NCBI GenBank assembly: GCA_964016885.1
Contig: OZ024740.1
Span: 139,066,001-139,130,000, forward strand
Length of the DNA: 64,000 bases
Source of the DNA: Eledone cirrhosa
Taxonomy: Eukaryota
Direction of reading: 5' to 3'
Positions 1-11,761 of this stretch are shown in pieces. A program made the position numbers and the translations under genes. A model generated the notes under the pieces. The model was not told the DNA's origin. It made no database searches and worked only from the letters and a program-made list of their open reading frames with translations. Every line of letters starts with the position of its first letter. Positions within the stretch are counted from its first letter, which is position 1.

Positions 1-912
1 TACTGAAACCCATTACCCGTATGATCCACGCTTTTAATAAAGTTTTTGGCCAAGCCTAATTTGAGATGTAATGGAGGGGGGAATACTTTTTCTGGATCCA
101 CGAAAGGTTTGTACAAACAGTTGAATCTACCGGGTGCATCCTTTGGTCTTGTTGGCCAATCCTTCTTCATGTAGTGTTCCGCATCTGCTCTACTATTCCA
201 CAAACATAGAAAACACATATGCTTTGTGTAACCAGTCTGAAGACCTAGAAGTAGACTAATTAAGTTGTTTATGACGATGACGAGCAGTTGTAATGCCGAC
301 GCCAGGTTCCAGCAGGTTTCGTTGCTTCAGTCTTGATCCCAGGAGCTCTGTCTTTTCTTTAGACAAATGTAGGTCTTTAATGAGATCGTGAAGAGCTTCC
401 TGGTTAAATGGTATGGGTTCACTTGTCTCATGTTCGTCTTGATAGTCATCATCAATAGGGGTGCTACTGGAATCAGAATCAGAGATTAGCTCGTGTTCAG
501 CAGGTGGAACTGGAACAGGTAATTCGTCACTGTGAGGTACTGGTCGGATTGCTGACGAGATATCGGGGTATTGAAGTGTAGTTCGTGTCTTCACAGTTAT
601 TCCTTGGATGTTTATATGGCAGAAGTAACAATCGTTATTGTGGTCTTTTGGTTCCCGCCATACCATTGGTACGGCAAATGGCAAACCAGAGCTTCGTTTC
701 CCATTCTTCCATTCACTTAGGTGATTAACACATGACCTACACGTTATATGAAGCGCCCATTTCTTGTCCTAGTCTCCCAATGGACATTTGAAGTAGCATT
801 TGTAGTTTACTCGAACTGCTTTTGTGATTGGTTTCTTTATGCTTTCTGGAGTAAAGAGTCCACAAATATAGCAAAATCGGTCTGGGTCATTTACACATTT
901 CCGGCGTTCCAT
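1..912 (-). pseudogene. Disabled transposase (Chapaev3-like)
   Basis: ATG at 912 gives MERRKCVNDPDRFCYICG...CPLGD*DKKWA (stop at 769-771)...PFAVPMVWREPKDHNNDCYFC...LHDLIKDLHLSKEKTELLGSRLKQRNLL. After a frameshift near 260 it reads LLGLQTGYTKHMCFLCLWNSRA...PPPLHLKLGLAKNF. The intervening catalytic segment appears deleted. Confidence 0.8.
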
Positions 913-1205
913 CTCTCCCACTAGTCAAAGTTGTTGTGAATTATCCAAGAATAGCTGAGGATAGTTACAATTCTGTGATCTAAAACAAAAGCAGTAAATA
1001 TAAATTAGTTAACAACTAAATATAGTGGATACAATTGGATGAAGCCACATAGCTATGGGTCATAAACATGGATATGCTGGTTCTTGAAAACTAGACCCGA
1101 TACAGCTTAACCGTTGTCATATTCAGATTCTGCACACTTGGTTACCCTAGAATCATACTAAATTATACCAGAACCATGAAATGAATATTTTGTTGTTGAC
1201 CAGTG
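1..1205 (-). mobile_element. Chapaev3-like (CMC superfamily) DNA transposon, 5' part; runs off the window start
   Basis: The minus strand begins CACTGGTCAAC at 1205, flanked by TAA (1206-1208), which fits Chapaev3-type CAC termini and a 3-bp TWA target as I recall them. A transposase remnant lies inside. The family assignment is from recalled motifs, not a search. Confidence 0.7.
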
Positions 1206-1553
1206 TAATGAATGAATATTACATAATTTATCTACTAAATTTCGTAGCGGTTGATTAAATATATTTTATTGCTTATTTAAATATTCACTTCTTTAAGATG
1301 TTCAAATGTCAACACTTCCGGTTAGCGATCGCTTAAATAAATATTCATATATTTCTGTCACTAATTTTCTCCTAATGAAATTTATATATACTATCGTCTT
1401 TTTTAATGTATCATGGATTACGTTACTGATTATATAAGAGAGTGTAACGCAGTCTTCGTTCAATTTCTGTGTATATTGTCAACTACGATTTTATTTGATA
1501 TATCATATCTACATGTATATATACTTGTGTATAATATCAATATGCACACTACA

Positions 1554-1600
1554 CATGCTAGCAGAAAACCACCCGACGGGGCGGTTTTTCTGCTAGTATG
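1554..1600. repeat. Short near-perfect inverted repeat / hairpin
   Basis: CATGCTAGCAGAAAACC-acccgacggggc-GGTTTTTCTGCTAGTATG: ~17-bp arms, each containing CTAG. Confidence 0.75.
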
Positions 1601-1749
1601 TTATAAAGGAGGCGTTGAAATGATGTTAAGATAATGTAACAGAACATGCCACAAACATCACGTAGCGTTGAAATGTCATCATGGTGATATGATACAACGT
1701 GTTATGATAACGTAGAAATGACATGATGATGATGTGATGTGAAGTATGT

Positions 1750-2075
1750 AAGTACCTGTGACTCTTGATAGAGTCGTAGGGGCACCGTTGTGACATACAA
1801 TATTTCTTGGACATTATAAACTTGGTGGAGCTCATTCTTTTGCAAATCTATACAAATCTATACACAACCGATTTCCTCCAGAGAAGGAGGGGTGATAGAA
1901 AGAGATATAGAGGAAGAATCAACTCTAGTGCTCAACTGGTACTTTTATTATCCACCTCGAAAGAATGAAAGGCAAAGATGACCTCGGTGGGATTTGAACT
2001 CAGAGTGCAGAGAGCCGGAAAGAATACCGCAAATGATTCTATCCGACTCTCTAATGTCTCTGCCAACTCGTCGCT
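1750..2075 (-). mobile_element. tRNA-derived SINE, long-tail subfamily
   Basis: Core CTGGTACTTTTATTATCCACCTCGAAAGAATGAAAGGCAAAG..GACCTCGG..GATTTGAACTC (reverse complement of the B box) is shared with the other copies. The tail GAGTCGTAGGGGC...GATATAGAGGAAGAATC is shared with 10085-10372 and partly with 59813-60045. Boundaries approximate. Confidence 0.75.
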
Positions 2076-2254
2076 CGATGATGTGATAGAATCTGTAATA
2101 ATGATAACGTTGAAATGAGGCCAAGATAATGTGATAAGCATTTGCCTGGCATTCTAACGACTCTGACAATCCACCGTCCTTTACAGCATGAAATAATGGT
2201 GGCATTGAAATGACAGTGACACAAAATACTTGATAATGATGATGCAATAATTGC

Positions 2255-2445
2255 TTGTACTTTTGACATAAGGCCAGCAATTTGGAATACCAGTGCGTTA
2301 CTGGTACTTTATTTTATCGGCTCCGTAAAGATGAAAGGCAAATCTGACCTCGGCGAGATTTGAAATTAGAACGTAAAGGGCAGTAACTACATTCCGCATA
2401 ACATTTTGTCCAACGCTCTACCGATATTGCCAATCCATTTCCCTA
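2255..2445 (-). mobile_element. tRNA-derived SINE
   Basis: AAGGCCAGCAATT...ACTGGTACTTTATTTTATCG...GATGAAAGGCAAA...TGCCAATCC, a reverse-complement match to 54797-54987. Confidence 0.8.
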
Positions 2446-3014
2446 TGGTGATGTAATAATAATGACAATTATATTTTGATGATGCGATAAGAGGTGAGAA
2501 TATTTCATCATAGTGGCGTAACGCGGAAAATACTGAATTGATTACGTAATTCAGGGGCACTTCTGTCTTTCGTTGTAAAATTCGAGTGACATCGTTAAAC
2601 TGATGTCAAGGCAAATACCATAATAGGTAAAACGTCGAGTGAATTAAAGATACCTTTCTCAGAAAAGGACGTAGAAAGCATTTATCTTTGTAGAGGTAAA
2701 TAAAATAAGAACAGCTGTAGTTGTATTTTTGTTTGGCTTTGTTTTGTTTTTACTGTTGGATCAGGGGGGGGGGGGTCAGTGCACGTGACCATTTTCAGGT
2801 CCTCCAAGACTTGTGAGAGTGATGAAGGTATTATTAACCAGAGGCTTTGACTCAGTAGGCTCTGATAAAAATATACAAGGGTCAGGTGGTGGTGTTAAAC
2901 TGGGTGACGTATAAAGACTGCCATTCCAATAAGATATGACGAGATATGAAAAATGAACGCAAAGAACCAGGACAAACCGCGCCCCACCAATTCAGCTAAT
3001 CAACCGCCCTGGAA

Positions 3015-3135
3015 TGTACTTTATTTTACCGACTTTAGAATGATGAAAGGCAAAGTTGATCTCGACAGTATTTGAACTTAGGGTGCCAAGGACCGGGAGG
3101 AATACAAGCGCTCTAATGACACTGTCAATTCCCCA
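3015..3135 (-). mobile_element. Degenerate tRNA-derived SINE fragment
   Basis: GTACTTTATTTTACCGAC...GATGAAAGGCAAAGTTGATCTCGACAGTATTTGAACT, the same core. Confidence 0.65.
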
Positions 3136-3509
3136 TCTATTTTTCTGTATCATCAGATCTGATATGATTGATCAAACCTATCATCAATGACATTCCAGCT
3201 CTGGCCATCCCCTTTGGTTAGGAGCATGTATAACGACAGTGTCCCCATTTATGAAAGAAGCATGCGGTTTGAGATAAAATACTGGGGACATTTTTTGCAA
3301 GTAAAGTCACAGCAGAGGGGTGGATTTCATTTTCATATCAGGAAGTTCTGAGAGAAAATTCTGATGGTGGTTAGAGAGGGGGAGCAGAAGGAGGAGGTGT
3401 TAATATTGCGTAAGTTTCTCAGACTGAACAAAATAGTTATTCATTGAAAGGTCCAGTTGTTATTGTCGTCGTCCCTGTATGTTTATGTCCATGTCCATCT
3501 ACGAGGTTT

Positions 3510-6500
3510 TGATATATATCTCTGTGTGATATATATATGTCAGGGTGATATATATATGTCTGAGTGATATATATGTCAGAGTGATATATATATGTCTGAG
3601 TGATATATAAGTCTGAGTGATATATATGCCAGAGTGATATATATATATGTCTGAGTGATATATATGTATGTGTGATATATATGTCTGAGTGATATATATG
3701 TCTCTGTGATATATATGTCTGAGTGATATATATGTCTGAGTGATATATATATGTCTGAGTGATATATAAGTCTGCGTGATATATATGTCAGAGTGATATA
3801 TATGTCTGTGTGATATATATGTCGGAGTGATATATATGTCTGAGTGATATATATGTCTGAGTGATATATATGTCTGAGTGATATATATGTCGGAGTGATA
3901 TATATGTCTGAGTGATATATATGTCGGAGTGATATATATGTCTGAGTGATATATATGTCAGAGTGATATATATGTCGGAGTGATATATATGTCTGAGTGA
4001 TATATATGTCAGTGATATATATGTCTGAGTGATATATATGTCGGAGTGATATATAAGTCTGTGTGATATATATATGTCTGAGTGATATATATATCTGAGT
4101 GATATATATGTCGGAGTGATATATATGTCTGAGTGATATATATGTCAGTGATATATATGTCTGAGTGATATATATGTCGGAGTGATATATAAGTCTGTGT
4201 GATATATATATGTCTGAGTGATATATATATCTGAGTGATATATATGTCGGAGTGATATATATGTCTGAGTGATATATATGTCAGAGTGATATATATGTCT
4301 GAGTGATATATATGTCTGAGTGATATATAAGTCTGAGTGATATATATGTCTGAGTGATATATATGTCTGAGTGATATATATGTCTGAGTGATATATATGT
4401 CTGAGTGATATATATGTCGGAGTGATATATAAGTCTGAGTGATATATATGTCAGAGTGATATATATATGTCTGAGTGATATATAAGTCTGAGTGATATAT
4501 ATGTCAGAGTGATATATATATGTCTGAGTGATATATAAGTCAGAGTGATATATAAGTCTGAGTGATATATATGTCTGTGTGATATATATGTCTGTGTGAT
4601 ATATATGTCAGAGTGATATATATATATGTCAGAGTGATATATATGTCTGTGTGATATATATGTCTGAGTGATATATATGTCTGAGTGATATATATGTCTG
4701 AGTGATATATATATATGTCTGAGTGATATATATGTCTGTGTGATATATATGTCTGAGTGATATATATGTCTGAGTGATATATATATGTCTGAGTGATATA
4801 TATGACTGTGTGATATATATGTCTGAGTGATATATATGTCTGTGTGATATATATGTCGGAGTGATATATATGTCTGAGTGATATATATGTCTGAGTGATA
4901 TATATGTCAGTGATATATATGTCTGAGTGATATATAAGTCTGAGTGATATATATGTCTGAGTGATATATATGTCTGAGTGATATATATGTCTGAGTGATA
5001 TATATGTCTGTGTGATATATATGTCTGAGCGATATATATGTCTGAGTGATATATATGTCTGAGTGATATATATGTCTGAGTGATATATATGTCTGAGTGA
5101 TATATATGTCGGAGTGATATATATGTCTGAGTGATATATATATGTCTGAGTGATTTATATGTCAGAGTGATATATATATGTCTGAGTGATATATATGTCT
5201 GAGTGATATATATGCCTGTGTGATATATATGTCTGAGTGATATATATGTCTGAGTGATATATATGTCTGAGTGATATATATGTCAGAGTGATGTATATAT
5301 TTCTGAGTGATATATATGTCAGTGATATATATGTCTGAGTGATATATATGTCTGAGTGATATATATGTCAGAGTGATATATATGTCTGAGTGATATATAT
5401 GTCTGAGTTATATATATGTCTGAGTGATATATATGTCTGAGTGATATATATGTCAGTGATATATATGTCTGAGTGATATATATGTCTGAGTGATATATAT
5501 GTCTGAGTTATATATATGTCTGAGTGATGTCAGAGTGATATATATGTCTGAGTGATATATATGTCTGAGTGATATATATGTCTGAGTGATATATATGTCT
5601 GAGTGATATATATGTCAGAGTGATGTATATATTTCTGAGTGATATATATGTCAGAGTGATATATATGTCTGAGTGATATATATGTCTGAGTGATATATAT
5701 GTCTGAGTGATATATATGTCTGAGTGATATATATATATCTGAGTGATATATATGTCTGAGTGATTCCAGAGTGATATATATGTCAGAGTGATATATATGT
5801 CTGAGTGATATATATCTCTGAGTGATATATATGTCTGAGTGATATATATGTCAGAGTGATGTATATATTTCTGAGTGATATATATGTCAGTGATATATAT
5901 GTCTGAGTGATATATATGTCTGAGTGATATATATGTCAGAGTGATATATATGTCTGAGTTATATATATGTCTGAGTGATGTCAGAGTGATATATATGTCA
6001 GAGTGATATATATGTCTGAGTGATATATATGTCTGAGTGATATATATGTTTGAGTGATATATATGTCTGAGTGATATATAGATATCTGAGTGATATATAT
6101 GTCTGAATGATGTCAGAGTGATATATATGTCAGAGTGATATATATGTCAGAGTGATATATATGTCTGAGTGATATATATGTCTGAGTGATATATATGTCT
6201 GAGTGAGATATATGTCTGAGTGATATATATGTCGGAGTGATATATATGTCTGTGTGATATATATGTCGGAGTGATATATATGTCGGAGTGATATATATGT
6301 CTGAGTGATATATATGTCTGAGTGATATATATGTCTGAGTGATATATATGTCTGTGTGATATATATGTCGGAGTGATATATATGTCTGAGTGATATATAT
6401 ATATATCTGAGTGATATATATGTCTGAGTGATGTCAGAGTAATATATATGTCAGAGTGATATATATGCAGAGTGATATATATGCCTGAGTGATATATATG

Positions 6501-6556
6501 TCTGAGTGATATATATGTCTGAGTGATATATATGTCTGAGTGATATATATGTCAGA
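3510..6556. repeat. 17-bp minisatellite (GTCTGAGTGATATATAT)n, ~180 copies
   Basis: Directly visible. Variants are GTCA/GTCG/GTCT and the length of the (AT) run. A 136-bp (8-unit) block is duplicated (marker at 4008 and 4144). Confidence 0.97.
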
Positions 6557-6918
6557 GTTTATATATATATATCTGTGTGAATATATCTAAACAGATTATA
6601 TATATATATGTGTGTGTGTATGTGTGTGTGTGTAGAGAGAGAGAGATATGGGGGAGGAGACAGAGAGAGATGGGAGAAGAGAGAGAGGAGAGAGAGTGAA
6701 AGTGAAAGAGAGAATCAAACAGTAGAACGAGATACCTTCTATGAAAGTGAAAAAGAAAGGGAGAAAATATACACACTGACACGTAATTATTTATATATCA
6801 TTTTGAGATGTTTACTTACATATAAGATCAATATTTAGAATAGTCTCTTACGGCCTGAAACCTGGGTTTGTTTCGTTCCACGCTGGAACTGTCGAACTAT
6901 TTTAGAAGAAAGAATGTA

Positions 6919-7139
6919 CAGGGTGGGCCAGAATTCATGACTCGCTTGTTAGTTATATTTCTTAACATGCTTATTTTATTGTTAGTGTATTGTTTTAATT
7001 TAGTATCTTATTTCTTAATATGCATAGCAGGTTTCTTAATTTATATTTTTATTTCTTAATATGCCTCACAGGTTTTTTATTTATAAATAATCAATAATCT
7101 ATAGATAATCAAGTGAGTCATGAATTCTGGCCGACACTG
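6919..7139. mobile_element. Tc1/mariner-type MITE (221 bp)
   Basis: 30-bp TIRs: CAGGGTGGGCCAGAATTCATGACTCGCTTG versus the reverse complement CAGTGTCGGCCAGAATTCATGACTCACTTG (3 mismatches). TA flanks both ends (6917-6918, 7140-7141). The interior is AT-rich and non-coding. Confidence 0.88.
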
Positions 7140-7197
7140 TACTTAGAAACAACTTGCGATAAAGTTCATGTTTGTTGCTGGTCTTGTTTATTGTTCT

Positions 7198-7446
7198 TGT
7201 GGGGATGGTGTGGTGGTGTGGAGGAGGTGACCGGAAGCTGGGGATGATCGACCGGAGGCGGAAGAGGAAGTGACGTGAGATGCGTACCCAGGAGCATCTG
7301 TGGGCCAACTTTCGGCTGTGACCCGCGACGGACGGACGTGCGAATGCGATCTGCAACTTGGCGAACGGATTATACCCATGTGGATGAGGCTAGCAAGCTG
7401 AGTGAGCTAGCAGAATTGCGGTAAGTCTAGTAGCTTTCTCATTACA
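7198..7446 (+). repeat. 5' LTR (249 bp)
   Basis: TGTGGGGATGG...CTTTCTCATTACA, a direct repeat of 9383-9635. Confidence 0.95.
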
Positions 7447-7447
7447 A

Positions 7448-9369
7448 GCTATTTCGGCACCGAAGATCATGGCGGTGGTCCTCAAGACCATTCTGGGAAA
7501 GGCCGACAAGATGAAGAGGGCTACCAATTCCTACATCGACGACATCCTAGTGGACGAGACTGTAGTGTCGGCAGCGGAGGTCACGAGCCATTTACAAGGG
7601 TACGGATTGACTGCGAAGCCGTCGGAGGCGTTGGACGGAGCAGCCGCGCTGGGACTTAGGCTGCGAAGAGACAAGACGGGTACGTTAGTATTTCGGAGGG
7701 GAAATGAAGTCCCGGAACTGGGCCCAAATATGAATAGACGGGAACTCTTCTCGGCGTGTGGAAAATTGGTGGGTCACTACCCAATCGCTGGGTGGCTCCG
7801 GACGGCGTGCAGCTATGTCAAGAGACGAGCGGACGGGGTGACTTGGAGTGACAAAGTGGGAGAGAGGATGGTGGCCATGATGCAGGAGATCGTGGGGAGG
7901 GTGAAGGCCGACGACCCGGTGCGACGACGCTGGTATGTCCCAGAATCTCAGAAAAGGACCGTATGGTGTGATGCCAGCAGCATAACGCTAGGTATCACGC
8001 TGGCGATAGGAGGTGTCGAGGTCGAGGATGCAGCCTGGCTCAGGAAGAAGGATGATTGCAACCACATCAATGTGGCCGAGCTGGACGCGGTGTTGAGAGG
8101 GGTGAACCTCGCCTTGAGATAGAGACTGCGCACCGTTGAGATTCGCACCGACTCGGCCACTGTACTCGGATGGGTGAGATCAGTGCTTACCAGTGAGAAG
8201 AGAGTGCGAACGAGAGGGGCGGCGGAAATGCTGATAAAGCGCCGCCTGGGAACTCTAGGAGAGCTGGACGCCGAGTTCGACCTGAAGTTGAGTGTGGTCT
8301 TCGTGCCCTCAGAGAAAAATAGAGCAGACGTTCTAACCAGAGTGAAGAAAGCCTGGATGGAAGTGCCGTAGGATGTAGAAGAGGGGATAGCTGCTGTGTG
8401 TCGGCTGAGCGAGTCGGAATTTAAAGGGTTGCATGATATGCACCACATGGGAGGGGATAGGACCCTCTTCCTAGCCAGGAGAATCGACTCCGACGTTAGC
8501 AGACACAGTGTCCAGAGAGTGGTCAGAGGCTGCGTCCGATGTCAGTCTATCGATCCCGCCCCGGGTGTGCACGAGATGGGAAGTCTCCTGGTGGATCGCG
8601 ACTGGAAGCGATTGGCGGTTGACGTAACACACTACCGACAAGGAACATACCTCTCGATGGTTGACTGTGGACCGGGACGGATAGCGATATGGAGGGAAAT
8701 GAAGAAGGGAACTGCGTTAGAAATCACACGGACGTTGAGAAAGATATTCTTGGATCGAGGCCCTGTGGATGAACTGCTGATGGACAACAGCGCAGCGTTC
8801 CGCCTGGAGGCACTGAAGGAGATGCTTGATGGGTGGAAGGTGGACCGCTTCTTCAGAGCAGCATACAGGCCGAGCGGAAATGGAATCGTGGAACGACACC
8901 ACCGCACAATCAAAGCAATGGCGGAACCAGGCACATCTCACCAATGGAGGCAGTGTTTTGGTACAACATGTCCCCTCGGGTGGGACAGGCTGAGGAATCG
9001 GTGCCACACAGAGCAATATACAGATACGAGTGACGGCACCCGTGTACTGTACCACAACGGCCAGTGGAGAGAGAGAACGCATTCGTGCAGGTGGGCGAAG
9101 AAGTCTGGGTTAAGCCCCCAGACGCACGTTGTACATCTCAATGGGGAAAGGGAACGGTAACGACCGTAAATTCGCAGAATAACGTGTCCGTGGACGGAGT
9201 GCCACGTCATATCCTGGATGTCCGTAGAGTTGTTGTGTCGACGGACTCCGAGGAAGAGGAAATCCAAAGCGCCGCCCCAACATTACGGGGATCGCAACGA
9301 GATCACCGACCGCCTGGCTGGACGGCAGATTATCACATGCAGCAGTGTGAGGGGGAGATTGATCCTTGA
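7448..9369 (+). pseudogene. pol: Gypsy pol remnant: C-terminal RT, RNase H, integrase
   Basis: RT: APKIM...SYIDDILV. RNase H: VWCDAS, HINVAEL, RTDS, NRADVLTR. Integrase: zinc finger H..HH..CVRC and LAVD / LLMDNS / NGIVERHH (DDE). In-frame stops at 8120-8122, 8369-8371 and 9031-9033, plus a frameshift near 8930. Confidence 0.92.
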
Positions 9370-9382
9370 GATCAGGGGGGCG

Positions 9383-9635
9383 TGTGGGGATGGTGTGGTG
9401 GTGTGGAGGAGGTGACTGGAAGCTGGGGACGATCGACCGGAGGCGGAAGAGGAAGTGACGTGAGATGCGTACCCAGGAGCATCTGTGGGCCCTCTTTCGG
9501 CTGTGACCCGTGACGGACGGACGAACGTGCGATTTCGAGCTGCAGCATGGCGAACGGATTATACCCACGTGGATGAAGCTAGCTCGCTGAGTGAGCTAGC
9601 AGAATTGCGGTAAGTACAGTAGCTTTCTCATTACA
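9383..9635 (+). repeat. 3' LTR (253 bp)
   Basis: Matches the 5' LTR with ~16 substitutions and one 4-bp indel (counted by eye). Confidence 0.95.
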
Positions 9636-10084
9636 GTTCTTGTATGTAATAATTGTCGTTGTTTTTGGTATTCTCTTTGTGATTATCTCCATAATTAGTG
9701 AATACATTCAGAGTGAATGCTAAATATATTTGTTTTATTTCTGTTAGTGATGCAAGTTATAATGAAATATTAGTGCATTACACTGGGAGTGGAGAAGAGG
9801 TGAAACGTGTGACGATTGTGGTTCCCAACCCTGTCATATTGCATTAAAATGATCATTGCATAACTAAATCTGATGATTTAGTGCTAAACTATAACACAAT
9901 CATTAAAATATTATCTGGTGTGAAAATGTTGCAATATTCTCAATTCGACCAACGTTCAAAATAAAGTTAAGTTCAAAAGTATAAATCTATTCAATTAAAT
10001 TAAGTTAAAGAATACAGGAGTTGGCTGGTCATGTAAGCAATTTACATTAGAAATAAGCTGAAGTAAGTTGGTGTAGTATGGTAT

Positions 10085-10167
10085 GGTCCAGTAACTCCTA
10101 ATGGAGTCGTAGGGGCGCCGTATTGATATACGGCCTTTCTTGGGCAGCAGATTTCTCCCAGAGACGG

Positions 10168-10201
<34 letters not shown>

Positions 10202-10372
10202 TGAGAGAGAGGATGCGAGAAACGGATATAGAGGAAGAATCTCCTCTAGTACTAGACTGGTACTTTTTATCGACCTCGAAAGCAAAGTTAACCTAGGCAA
10301 GATTTGAATCCAGATAACTATAACGAATACCATTAATCACTCTATCAAACGACTCAGCCAATTCGCCCCTTA
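10085..10372 (-). mobile_element. tRNA-derived SINE, long-tail subfamily with internal (TA)(GA) expansion
   Basis: GAGTCGTAGGGGCGCCG...GATATAGAGGAAGAATC...GACTGGTACTTTTTATCGACCTCGAAAG, homologous to 1750-2075. Confidence 0.7.
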
Positions 10373-10863
10373 CTATAATGATAACTATATTCAATTAAAT
10401 CAAGTTAAAGAATAAAGGAGCTGGTTCGACATGTAAATGGTTTACGTTACAAATAAACTGAAGTAAGTTAATGGATATTAAATGCTTTAAATCTGAGGTT
10501 TCGTGTACTGAATGGTGTACGTAAAAAATCCCCCCCTTCGGTTGGATAAAGAATATAAAACTCAAGGAACTTACAACGAAAAGAAGAAATAATTTTAAAA
10601 AAAATGAATCTCTCAATTTTAATTTGCACCCACATATATCAAAGTTGACTCCTGTTAAAAGTATATTGATATATGCGTTAGAAGAATCACCCGGCAGTGG
10701 TGGTTGTTGCTGATGACGATTATAAGCGTAATGACGAGAAGGATACCAAACGATGATGACGATGTTGAGAAGGAGGGCGATGACATGGATGACGCCGGCG
10801 ATGAAAGAAGTTAACGACGACGACGACGATGACGATGTTGATAATGATGATAATGATAATGAT

Positions 10864-11111
10864 TTCATTTATTAGCCACAAGGGCCGACATGTAGGGGTT
10901 TACAATAAGGTCGAGTAAAAGTGCACAATGGCAAGACTAATTTAACAATGAAAATATAAAAAATATAAAATAAATTATGCATAAATATAACAAAATAAAT
11001 TCCCCGATAGGGGGTGGACGACCCTGGAGTGACTCGGGTACCCCACCAATCCTGAACCACCTGTGCTTCTAGGGCACCCAGGGAGAGCACCCCTCTCCTC
11101 AAGTTAGCTAG
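10864..11111 (-). mobile_element. 3' UTR-only fragment of an L1/Tx1-type LINE in a (GAT)n tract
   Basis: The minus-strand end CCCTTGTGGCTAATAAATGAA matches the termini of 15364-15760 and 51312-54435, with the same GC-rich then T-rich UTR layout. Candidate TSD AATGAT (10858-10863, 11112-11117). Confidence 0.7.
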
Positions 11112-11761
11112 AATGATGATGATGATGACGTCGGCGACTACGATAACGACGAAACTGAGGAAAAGAATAAAAAAGGGAAATAAATAAATAGATAAAGGTA
11201 AAGAAAGAAAAAAATAAATATAAATAAAAATAAAATATAAATGGGGGGATATCCTAAAGTTATCGGAAGAGCCTGCAAATGAGAGAACATGGCAAATTGT
11301 GAATAGTTGTCCAAACTGTTAATTCATCTTGATCAAAATTATAAGCTTCCTTCATCGTGTTTTCCTGCGGTTTGTTGTTGATGCACGTGGGTTGTTATTT
11401 TTCTTCTCTCATTTTTCCTTGTCCTTTCTCTGTTATAGCTTTTTTGTTTTGTTTTGTTACGAATATTTCAATTTTCTATTGTTGTTTTTTTTCTTTTTAA
11501 TGTCTAATATTTGTTTGTTTTAAGAAAGTGAAAGAGATTGAAAGGAAAGTTATATCATGATATTGTGGTGACTGTACAGACAACACGAAGCTTGGCAAAA
11601 CACAAGAAAACCGTTGCGAAATTAATAAAATGAACGTCGTTGTGAGGGACAGAATTATGGAATGAATTTTCAAACATGAGTATTATGTCACTTGGTATTA
11701 TTGTTGTTTTGTTTTGTTATTGCTGTTGTCATTGTTTTTGGTTGTTGTTATTGTTGCTGTT

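Larger units (their letters stand above)
7198..9635 (+). mobile_element. Ty3/Gypsy LTR retrotransposon, internally deleted
   Basis: Two LTRs with TG...CA ends. 5-bp TSD GTTCT (7193-7197, 9636-9640). Purine tract AGGGGGG just before the 3' LTR. Domain order RT-RNaseH-integrase. Confidence 0.95.

Noticed and set aside
1561-1592. Rho-independent terminator
   Set aside because: The shape fits, but the DNA is eukaryotic and there is no upstream gene.
7099-9568. Minus-strand ORFs over the Gypsy element
   Set aside because: Antisense shadows of GC-rich pol and LTR sequence with no motifs.
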